This document shows positions 47,665-55,093 of a stretch of DNA of 55,093 nucleotides, one piece after another. The notes beneath the pieces are model-generated. The model saw nothing but the letters and a program-made list of their open reading frames with translations. It was not told where the DNA came from and made no database searches. This DNA comes from Acidimicrobiia bacterium (GTDB lineage Bacteria > Actinomycetota > Acidimicrobiia > Acidimicrobiales > CATQHL01): the NCBI GenBank assembly GCA_021296415.1, contig JAGWAL010000012.1, forward strand, positions 1 through 55,093, written 5' to 3'. How positions within the stretch are numbered: the stretch's first letter is position 1; each line of letters starts with the position of its first letter. The translations under genes and the position numbers were made by a program.

Positions 47665-47819
47665 CTCTCTCCCATCTTGGCGTTGTTCCGGAGTGCGAGG
47701 TCGAGCGGAGAGGTTAGCGGCGCACGAACGTCGGATCTCCTGTACCGGCGGTGAGGTAGCTGTGGCTGCGGCCCGCCCTAGGATTGCGCCTCTAGCAGGT
47801 GCACCAGCGAGGAACCCCG

Positions 47820-48284
47820 ATGAGACTCCAACCCGGCGACCCGGCACCGGATTTCAGGCTGATGAACCAGGACGGCGAAGAGGTCTCGCTGGCGGACTTC
47901 GCCGGGCGGAGAGTGGCACTGTTCTTCTACCCGAAGGCTCTGACCCCCGGTTGAACGAAGCAGGCCTGCGGCATGCGTGACATCGCCGACGAACTGCCGG
48001 AGGAGGTCTCCATCCTGGGAATGAGCGCGGATCCACCCAACCGCCAGAAGCGCTTCGACGAGAAGCACGACCTGGGTTTCGGGTTGCTCTCGGATCCCGA
48101 CAACTCCGTAACCGGCGCCTTCGGGGCGCGCAGCGAGAAGAAGATGTACGGCAACACCTTCATTGGCACCACCCGGTCGGCCTTCCTGATCGACGTCGAG
48201 GGCCGCATCGAGCAGGCCTGGTACGGGATCAGCCCGAAGGACACGCCGTTTGAGATCCTGGCCGCCCTCGAGGAGAGCGAGTGA
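47820..48284 (+). CDS. bcp: BCP/PrxQ peroxiredoxin, probable selenoprotein (U45 at TGA 47952-47954)
   Basis: MRLQPGDPAPDFRL...FFYPKALTPG-TGA-TKQAC, in frame with ORF 47973-48284 (LLSDPD, RSAFLID); 154 aa in total. Confidence 0.88.
47969..47988 (+). promoter_or_regulatory. candidate bacterial SECIS hairpin
   Basis: CGGCATG-CGTGA-CAT(C)GCCG; 21 nt separate the UGA from the loop, which has G in its second position. Confidence 0.55.
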
Positions 48285-48715
48285 GCGGAGCGTCGCTGCC
48301 GGCACCCGCCTCGGTTCTCCCGCACAGGCCCCCATTCCTGCTGCTGGACGAGGTCACCCTGCTGGTGCCCGGCGAACGGGCCGAGGGCTCCTGGCGTACG
48401 ACCGGTTCGGAGACGTTCTTCGCCGGCCACTTCCCGGGCCGGCCCACGTTGCCGGGCGTCCTGATGACCGAGGCCCTTGCCCAGCTGGGCGCCTACGCGG
48501 TCCTCAGCGACGAGCGCCTGACCGGCAGGTTGCCACTGTTCGGGGGCATCGACGGCGCCCGTTTCCGTCGCCAGGTGCTGCCCGGTGAGCGCCTCGACCT
48601 GCGTGTGGAGGTGCTCCGCCTGTCGGCCCGCGCCGGGCGGGCCGCGGGGGAGGCGACGGTGGACGGGGCGGTGGCCTGCACCTGCGAGTTGATGTTCGTG
48701 GCGGTGCCCGCCTGA
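48281..48715 (+). CDS. fabZ: 3-hydroxyacyl-ACP dehydratase
   Basis: LPHRPPFLLLD, FAGHFPGRPTLPGVLMTEALAQ, FRRQVLPG. Confidence 0.92.
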   Translation: MSGASLPAPASVLPHRPPFLLLDEVTLLVPGERAEGSWRTTGSETFFAGHFPGRPTLPGVLMTEALAQLGAYAVLSDERLTGRLPLFGGIDGARFRRQVLPGERLDLRVEVLRLSARAGRAAGEATVDGAVACTCELMFVAVPA

Positions 48716-48734
48716 GGGCTGGGGTCGCGGCGCC

Positions 48735-49916
48735 TCAGGCGGCTGGTGGCGGGCTGATGACGAGGCAGCCGTTGTGGCCGCCGAACCCGAACGAGTTGGA
48801 AAGGCTGGGACCCGGCTCCCAGTCGCAGGGGTCCGGCGCCACGATCCGGATGGGGGCCATGTCCGGGTCAGGATTGACGTAACCGGCGGTCGGCGGTAGC
48901 ACGCCGTGGTGCATCGACATGATGATGGCGACCGCCTCGACGGCGCCGGCAGCCCCGAGGGCGTGACCGGTCACTCCCTTGGTCGAGGTCACGAGGGGAC
49001 CGGGCGTGCCGAAGACCTTCGCGATGGCCTCGGCCTCGTTGGCGTCATTCAGCGCTGTGGAGGTGCCATGGGCGTTGATGTGGAGCACCTCGGAGGGCGT
49101 GATCCCGGCGTCGGCGAGTGCCAGTTCCATGCAGGCCACCGCGCCCGCACCGCCGGGCGCCGGAGCGGTGATGTGGTAGGCGTCGGCGGTGCTGGCGTAG
49201 CCGGTGATCTCGGCGAGGATCCCGGCGCCACGGCCCTGGGCGTGTTCGAGTTCCTCGAGCACCACCACCCCGCACCCCTCGGCCTGCATGAAGCCGTCGC
49301 GATCCCGGTCGAACGGGCGGGAGATGCCCACTCGCGACAGCGCCGTCATGTTGGCGAAGCCCTGGAGGCCGGTCGGGGAACTCGAGCATTCCGAGCCGCC
49401 GGCCAGCATCACGTCGCAGCGGCCGTGGCGGATCAGTTCGGCGGCGTTGCCGATGGACTGGGTGGCGGAAGCGCAGGCAGTGGACGTCACCTCGCAGGGC
49501 CCCTGGTAGCCGTAGCGCATGGAGACTGCCGCAGCGGCGGCATTCGCCATCATCATCGGGATCAGGAACGGTGTGACGCGCTTGGCGCCCAGCGCGAAAT
49601 GCCGTAGCACGTAGGTCTCGATGCTCATCAGGCCGCCCACGCCGGTGCCGATCCAGACGCCGACGCGCTCCGGGTCCGCTCGCAGGTCGCCGGCCTGCTC
49701 CAGCGCCTCGGCGGCACCCGCCAGGGCGAACTGGGTGAACCGGTCGTGGCGTCGCATCTCCTTGGCGTTGGCGAAGTGCGGGGCCGGATCGAACCCCACC
49801 ACCGAGCGCAACCCCTCGGGTGGTTCGCTCAGCAGTCCGGCGAAGAAGTCCTCCCGGCCGATCCCGCAGGCCGCCAGGACGCCGAGGCCGGTGACGACCA
49901 CCCGGCGCCGGCTCAT
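48735..49916 (-). CDS. fabF: beta-ketoacyl-ACP synthase II
   Basis: [37 protein letters not shown]. Confidence 0.94.
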   Translation of the reverse strand: MSRRRVVVTGLGVLAACGIGREDFFAGLLSEPPEGLRSVVGFDPAPHFANAKEMRRHDRFTQFALAGAAEALEQAGDLRADPERVGVWIGTGVGGLMSIETYVLRHFALGAKRVTPFLIPMMMANAAAAAVSMRYGYQGPCEVTSTACASATQSIGNAAELIRHGRCDVMLAGGSECSSSPTGLQGFANMTALSRVGISRPFDRDRDGFMQAEGCGVVVLEELEHAQGRGAGILAEITGYASTADAYHITAPAPGGAGAVACMELALADAGITPSEVLHINAHGTSTALNDANEAEAIAKVFGTPGPLVTSTKGVTGHALGAAGAVEAVAIIMSMHHGVLPPTAGYVNPDPDMAPIRIVAPDPCDWEPGPSLSNSFGFGGHNGCLVISPPPAA

Positions 49917-50164
49917 CCCAACTTGGCGGCAATCATCGCGAAGGCGGCGCCGATGGTCTCGATGTCCTCGAGTTCCTCCTCCTCCACGGTCACGTCGAAC
50001 TCTTCCTCGAGGGCCATGACCAGTTCCACGAGGTCGAGGCTGTCGGCGTCGAGGTCGTCGGCGAAACTGGCCTCGAGGGTCACCTCGTCCTCCGCGACCG
50101 ACAGCACGTCGACCGCACAGCGCCGGAACCGTTCGAAATGGTCGTTACTGCTCACTGCATTCAC
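49913..50164 (-). CDS. acpP: acyl carrier protein
   Basis: [20 protein letters not shown] phosphopantetheine motif. Confidence 0.95.
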   Translation of the reverse strand: MNAVSSNDHFERFRRCAVDVLSVAEDEVTLEASFADDLDADSLDLVELVMALEEEFDVTVEEEELEDIETIGAAFAMIAAKLG

Positions 50165-50179
50165 TCCGTCGTCTCGGTG

Positions 50180-50911
50180 TCAACTCATACTCAAGCCGCC
50201 GTCCACGGGGACAACGGCTCCGGTGATGTATCCGGCCTCCGCTGAGACCAGGAATCGTACGGTGGCCGCCACTTCGGCCGTCGTTCCGAAACGGCCGAGC
50301 GGGACCGCAGCGCGGATCTCTTCCTGCCGTTTCTCGCTCAGTGCATCGATCATATCGGTCTCGATGGGGCCCGGAGCCACCACGTTGACGGTTACGTTCC
50401 GCCCCGCCAGTTCCTTGGCGACCGAGCGCGCCAGCCCCACGAGTCCTGCCTTGGAGGCGGCATAGTTGGCCTGCCCGGCCTGCCCGCCCAACCCGACCAC
50501 CGAGGAGATGAGCACGACGCGTCCCCAGCGGGCGCGCAGCATCGACCGCACACCCCGCCGCAGGAGCCGGTACCCACCGGTCAGATTCGTGTCGAGCACC
50601 GCCGTGAAGTCCTCCTCGCTCATGCGAAGCAACAGGTTGTCGCGGGTGATGCCGGCGTTGGACACGAGGATCTCCACGGGTCCGAGCGCCTCCTCGGTGG
50701 CACCGTAGGCGGCGTCCACGCCGGCGGCATCGGTCACATCGCAGCGGATCGCAACCAGCCCCGCCTGTTCGGCGCACTCCGGCGGGCTGGTCCGGTAGGT
50801 GACGGCCACACGATGCCCGGCCTCCTGCAGCGCCACGGCACAGGCCAAGCCGATACCCCGAGCTCCACCGGTCACGAGCGCCACCCGGCCGGTGTCGGCC
50901 GTGCCGTTCAC
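50180..50911 (-). CDS. fabG: 3-oxoacyl-ACP reductase
   Basis: TGGARGIG, NAGITRD, YAASK motifs. Confidence 0.94.
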   Translation of the reverse strand: MNGTADTGRVALVTGGARGIGLACAVALQEAGHRVAVTYRTSPPECAEQAGLVAIRCDVTDAAGVDAAYGATEEALGPVEILVSNAGITRDNLLLRMSEEDFTAVLDTNLTGGYRLLRRGVRSMLRARWGRVVLISSVVGLGGQAGQANYAASKAGLVGLARSVAKELAGRNVTVNVVAPGPIETDMIDALSEKRQEEIRAAVPLGRFGTTAEVAATVRFLVSAEAGYITGAVVPVDGGLSMS

Positions 50912-51840
50912 AGCTCCCAGCGCATGAGCGCGCTGGCGGCGGTCATGCCGGCGCCGAAGCCGACCAGCAGCACGATGTCGCCGGCGCGTAGGCGGCCGCC
51001 GGCGGCGGCGTCGGCGAGCCCGAGCGGGATGGAGGCGGAGGAGGTATTGCCGGTCCAGCTGAGAACCTGCACGGTTTGATCCTCGGAGATCCCGAGTCTC
51101 TCGCAGGCGCTCTGGATGATCCGGGCGTTCGCCTGATGGGGGACGACGAGGTTCACGTCGGTGGTGCCGAGTCCGGCCGACGCCAGGGCGCGTTCGCAGG
51201 TGGCAACCATGATGCGAACGGCCTGGCGGAAGACCTCCCGGCCCTCCATGTAGATGAAGCGGCCGAAATCGCAGTACAGCGATTTCTCCAACTCCCCGTT
51301 GCAGTCCAGCGCCCAGCTCAGGAGGGCGTTGTCCTCCGCCGGTGTCGCCGAGATCACCACGGCACCGGCGCCGTCGCCGAACAGCACGGCAGTGGCGCGA
51401 TCCTCCCAGTCCACGAAGCGGCTGAGGGTCTCCGAACCGATCAGCAGGACGTTCTCGGCGCCCGCCAGGATCAGTCCGTGGGCCACGTTGAGTCCGTACA
51501 CGAAACCCGAGCAGGCGGCGTTCAGATCGAAGGCGCCACAGCGGGCGCCGAGGCTCGTCTGCACCGAACTGGCCGTGGCGGGGATCACGCGATCAGGTGT
51601 CGTCGTGGCGAGGATGATCGCATCGAGGCTCTCGGCGGGCAGGCCGGACATCTGCAGGGCCCGTTGGCCGGCGTCGATCGCCAGCGAGCGCGTTGAGCCG
51701 CCGATGCGCCGCTCCTTGATGCCGGTGCGCTCGGTGATCCAGGTGTCACTCGTGTCGAGGGTCTCGGCGAGGTCGTGATTGGTGATGACACGCTCGGGAA
51801 GGGCTGTGCCGTACCCGGTGATGCGACTGCCCCTGCTCAT
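50908..51840 (-). CDS. fabH: beta-ketoacyl-ACP synthase III
   Basis: AACSGF, FGDGAGA, PHQAN, GNTSSASIP. Confidence 0.94.
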   Translation of the reverse strand: MSRGSRITGYGTALPERVITNHDLAETLDTSDTWITERTGIKERRIGGSTRSLAIDAGQRALQMSGLPAESLDAIILATTTPDRVIPATASSVQTSLGARCGAFDLNAACSGFVYGLNVAHGLILAGAENVLLIGSETLSRFVDWEDRATAVLFGDGAGAVVISATPAEDNALLSWALDCNGELEKSLYCDFGRFIYMEGREVFRQAVRIMVATCERALASAGLGTTDVNLVVPHQANARIIQSACERLGISEDQTVQVLSWTGNTSSASIPLGLADAAAGGRLRAGDIVLLVGFGAGMTAASALMRWEL

Positions 51841-51895
51841 CGTGCCGATCGCCCTTGCGGTGCGGGCCGGGCGGCCACAATCCAGAATTCCGGCA

Positions 51896-53071
51896 TCAGT
51901 CCGTGCGCAACCAGGCGATCGGCTGGTTGATCGTGACCCGCTCGCCGTCCACGGCCAGATAGTCCATCACAACGCCGTTGAAAGGGGAGCGCACCGGCTC
52001 GCCGTTCACCTCGCCGAGTACGGCGCCGGTGGCGATCCGGGAACCCTTGCAGTCGGGGCGTGCGGGGGTGAACACGCCCGCGGCCGGCGCCACGACCAGC
52101 CGCTCGTAGGCATAGAGCGACTCGCCCTCGGGGCGGGCGGACTCGGTGGCACTCCGGGCCCCGACGGATTCGAGAAGCGGATCGATGTCGCTCGGGCTCC
52201 GCACGCTGAGGGTCGCCGGGGCGCGGTCGATGCGCTTGGCCAGTCCCGTCAGCGCGCTCCCGGGGCCGAGTTCAACGATCGTCTCGCCGCCGGCGTCCAG
52301 CAGGCGGCGGATCGTCTGCTGCCAGCGGACGGGGCTCGTCAGCTGGCGGGCCAGGAGGCGGGGCCATGGACGAGCGCTCTCGTACGGGGCGGCGTCGACG
52401 TTGGCGTAGACCGGGGCGTCGGGATCCTGGAAGTCGGCCTGGGCGATCGCCTTCGTGAGGCGGTCGTAAGCCGATGCCATGAAGGGCGTATGGAAGGCCC
52501 CGCCCACCTGCAGCCGCATGACCCGCTTGGCACCCGAGCGGCGTGCCACGTCGCCGGCGGTGGCGACGTCGGCGGGTGAGCCGGCGATCACGACCTGACC
52601 GGGAGCGTTGTAGTTGGCGATCCAGACCTTTGGGCCGGCCTCCTCGCAGGCCGCCTCCACCTCGGCATCGGCCAGGCCCAGCACGGCGGCCATAGTGCCC
52701 TCCTGCTCCTCGGAGGCCAGCTGCATGGCCTCCCCGCGCTCGGCGACGAGATAGGCGGCCTCGCCGAAGTCCAGGATGCCTGAAGCCACGAGGGCGCTGT
52801 ACTCGCCGAGGCTGTGCCCGGCGTGCGCGTTCGGCATCAGACCGACCCTGGCAACCGCGTCGAGCACGAGCATGCTCATCACGAACGTGGCGAGTTGGGC
52901 GTTGCGGGTCTGCCGGAGCTGGTTGGCATCGGCCTCCAGAAGCAGGGAGGCGATGTCCCGGCCGGTGGTCCGGCCGGCCTCCTCCACGAGTTCCCACGAC
53001 GGCTCGTTCACCCACGCCGCTCCCATGCCGGGAGCCTGGGACCCCTGCCCGGGGTAGGTGAAGACGATCAT
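51896..53071 (-). CDS. fabD: malonyl-CoA:ACP transacylase with C-terminal biotinyl/lipoyl-like domain
   Basis: PGQGSQ, GHSLGEYSAL, AFHTP motifs, plus about 70 extra residues (VVAPAAGVF...VRSPFNG...GERV). Confidence 0.9.
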   Translation of the reverse strand: MIVFTYPGQGSQAPGMGAAWVNEPSWELVEEAGRTTGRDIASLLLEADANQLRQTRNAQLATFVMSMLVLDAVARVGLMPNAHAGHSLGEYSALVASGILDFGEAAYLVAERGEAMQLASEEQEGTMAAVLGLADAEVEAACEEAGPKVWIANYNAPGQVVIAGSPADVATAGDVARRSGAKRVMRLQVGGAFHTPFMASAYDRLTKAIAQADFQDPDAPVYANVDAAPYESARPWPRLLARQLTSPVRWQQTIRRLLDAGGETIVELGPGSALTGLAKRIDRAPATLSVRSPSDIDPLLESVGARSATESARPEGESLYAYERLVVAPAAGVFTPARPDCKGSRIATGAVLGEVNGEPVRSPFNGVVMDYLAVDGERVTINQPIAWLRTD

Positions 53072-53306
53072 GAACGCGTTGGCGGTGCGAGTCGGACTCG
53101 CGGCCTCCTCAGCTGGCAGGGGGGAGCGGTGTCACGAGACATGGTGGAGCAGGACCTCGTCCGTCGACGGATGCTTGGAGCGTGGAGCGCACCGTAGGCG
53201 CTTGGGGACCGGATGCAACACGCGCCCGGTCGCGATCCTGATGTAGAGCAGAGCCGTCCGAGCGCCGCCGGTTGCCGGAGGTGATTCTACACTGTTGTGG
53301 CGACCG

Positions 53307-53390
53307 GCCCGGGTGGCGGAATTGGAAGACGCGGAGGACTCAAAATCCTTTGACCCTGCGGTCGTGTGGGTTCGAGTCCCACCCCGGGCA
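53307..53390 (+). tRNA. tRNA-Leu(CAA)
   Basis: Acceptor GCCCGGG/CCCGGGC+A, anticodon arm GAGGA-CTCAAAA-TCCTT, long variable arm, GTTCGAG T-loop; CCA not encoded. Confidence 0.95.
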
Positions 53391-53618
53391 CGAGTGCGAG
53401 GGCACTGCATGCTGTTTAGCTGGGCTTTTCTAGTTGATAGGAACTTCGTTTGCGACCACTAGGTCTTGTGTTTAGGACCGGTGGCGGGTGCTTTGGTTTG
53501 CGGCGGGTTCTAGTAGTTGGGGGCGTCCGACCGATACCCGTAGCAGGGCGAATCTGGCGCGCCGATTTCCGGACGTGGCGTTCGGAAGACTGGACGCTGC
53601 TCTCGCCGATCTGACGCT

Positions 53619-55093
53619 CTATGTTTTGGTACGACTAGGTGGGGTGGCTTGCCCGTAGTCGTTGTTGCCCCAGCAAGTGATGCTGTGGTCGGTGTTGATT
53701 GTGCACAGATGATCGAGGCCACCTGCGATGGCCATGTAGGCGCCGTCGGGCGGGATGGCCGGCGGATTGCCCCAGCAGACGCTGGTCTGATCAGTGCGTA
53801 GTGCGCAGGTGTGGTAATCGCCCGCGGTAATCGCCGCATAGGTACCACTGGGCGAATCGGTTTGGTCCGATTCATTGCTGCCCCAGCATGTGATGGTTTG
53901 GTCGGTGCCGAGGGCACAGGTATGCCAGTCGCCGGCAGTGATGGCCGTGTAGGTCCCAGTGGGTGGGATGACTTCGCCATGCTGATGGGTTCCCCAACAG
54001 GCGATTGTTTGGTCAAGGCGGAGGGCACACGTGTGGTACGCGCCGGCACTGATGGCTACGTAGGCACCCCATGGTGAGTTGCTTTTGCCCCACGCGTTGT
54101 CCCCCCAGCAAGCAACGGTGTGGTTGGTGCTAAGAGCGCACGTGTGTATGAGCCCGGCGGCGATGGCCGTGTAGGTGCCATCCGGTGGCCTGGCTTGACC
54201 AGCCTGATTGCCACCCCAGCAGGTAATGGTCTGGTCGGCATCTAGAGCGCAGGTGTGCCAGTAGCGAGCGGCGATAGCTGTGTAGCCCTCGGTCACCGGA
54301 GACGATTCGACGGTGCTTGAAGGCTCAGATTGTGTAGTAGGAGGCGTCGTATCTGTGCCGACGGCGGTGCCGGGTGGGTTGGACTGGCCGTACTTGTTGT
54401 CGCCCCAGCAGCTGATGATTTGGTGGGTGCCGAGGGCGCATGTATGTCGGAGACCGCCAGCAACCGCTATGTAGGTGGCAGCGGAAAGGTCGGCTGGCCT
54501 GTATCCGCTGCCGTTGCCCCAGCAGGTGATGGTTTGGTCGGTGCGGAGGGCACACGTGTGGTCCGAGCCGGCGGTGACGGCTACATGGGTGCCGCTGGCT
54601 GGACTGCTTTGGTCCCACCCGTTGCTACCCCAGCAGGTGATGGTCTGGTCGGTGCCTAGGGCGCACGTGTGGAAGTCGCCGGCCGTGATGGATGTGTAGG
54701 TGCCAGCGGGCGCGTTGGTTAGGCCGCCGCCGTTGCTACCCCAGCAGGTGATGGTTTGGTCGGTGCGGAGGGCACAGGTATGCCAGCCGCCGGCGGCGAC
54801 AGCTGTGTAAGTGCCCGGCGGTGGGCTGGCTTGGCCGAACTCGTTGTCGTCCCAGCACGTGATGGCTTGATCGGTACCGATGGCGCACGTATGTGCGAGA
54901 CCAGCGGCGATGGCCGTGTAAGTGCCAGTGGGTGGGTCGGCCAAGAAACGACCCCAGCACGTGATGGTCCCATCGATGTTGAGCGCACAGGTGTGATAGG
55001 CACCGGCTGTAACGGCCGTGTAGGTGCCATCCGGTGGGCTGGCTTGACCCAGCTGGTTGTGGCCCCAGCAGGTGAGGGTCTGGTCGGTGTCGA
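53619..55093 (-). CDS. RCC1/BLIP-II-like repeat protein (5' partial, runs off window)
   Basis: At least 12 full plus 1 partial ~37-aa repeats (YTAITAG..HTCAL.TDQTITCWG.N..GQ..PP); the frame stays open to the window edge beyond the ORF-track start. Confidence 0.9.
   Translation of the reverse strand, partial: DTDQTLTCWGHNQLGQASPPDGTYTAVTAGAYHTCALNIDGTITCWGRFLADPPTGTYTAIAAGLAHTCAIGTDQAITCWDDNEFGQASPPPGTYTAVAAGGWHTCALRTDQTITCWGSNGGGLTNAPAGTYTSITAGDFHTCALGTDQTITCWGSNGWDQSSPASGTHVAVTAGSDHTCALRTDQTITCWGNGSGYRPADLSAATYIAVAGGLRHTCALGTHQIISCWGDNKYGQSNPPGTAVGTDTTPPTTQSEPSSTVESSPVTEGYTAIAARYWHTCALDADQTITCWGGNQAGQARPPDGTYTAIAAGLIHTCALSTNHTVACWGDNAWGKSNSPWGAYVAISAGAYHTCALRLDQTIACWGTHQHGEVIPPTGTYTAITAGDWHTCALGTDQTITCWGSNESDQTDSPSGTYAAITAGDYHTCALRTDQTSVCWGNPPAIPPDGAYMAIAGGLDHLCTINTDHSITCWGNNDYGQATPPSRTKT

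Noticed and set aside
53307-53390. tRNA read as tRNA-Sec because TCA occurs in the anticodon loop
   Set aside because: The loop is CTCAAAA, centred on CAA, with a 7-bp acceptor stem and A discriminator. This is tRNA-Leu; tRNA-Sec would have CTTCAAA and a longer acceptor stem.
1-55093. Genome-wide UGA reassignment (code 4 or 25) to explain the two in-frame TGAs
   Set aside because: Many genes (ftsZ, sepF, bpa, hisC, trpB and others) end at TGA exactly at their expected C-termini.
53619-55093. Diversity-generating retroelement template/variable repeats in the RCC1 gene
   Set aside because: The repeats are in-frame protein repeats with no evident adenine-restricted differences, and no reverse transcriptase is in view.

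Overview
High-GC actinobacterial chromosome segment, most consistent with class Acidimicrobiia (inference from FAS-II, a separate trpF, Bpa, MshD and type-2 IleRS). It is mostly housekeeping. In order: the dcw cluster (mraY end, murD, ftsW, murG, murC, murB, ftsQ, ftsZ, pgeF, yggS, sepF, yggT, divIVA), an inverted ileS, dksA-like/lspA/rluD, Rrf2, proteasome activator bpa, dnaE, nitroreductase/DUF35/thiolase, yyaL, menA, a DUF222-HNH gene, menG, mshD, nth, a his-trp cluster, a DUF3179 lipoprotein, an ABC solute-binding protein, bcp, fab genes, tRNA-Leu(CAA), then a lower-GC segment encoding an RCC1-repeat protein. Two signals stand out. (1) An orphan GroES-like protein (37747-38118) lacks the roof hairpin and has a C-terminal extension ending GLYL, matching the proteasome-docking HbYX tail of Bpa in this same window (GNYL). 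It is a candidate heptameric proteasome cap or chaperonin-proteasome adaptor; this is a hypothesis. (2) A BCP peroxiredoxin (47820-48284), truncated in the ORF track, has an in-frame TGA at its peroxidatic Cys followed by a SECIS-like hairpin, so it is a probable selenoprotein, and it overlaps fabZ. Other observations: a PafBC-type promoter before the HNH gene, a DnaA box before dnaE, many leaderless-type starts, a FabD fused to a lysine-less biotinyl-like domain, and three short frameshifting deletions (murD, dnaE, menG) that are probably assembly errors. No database searches were run; all family calls rest on motif recognition.
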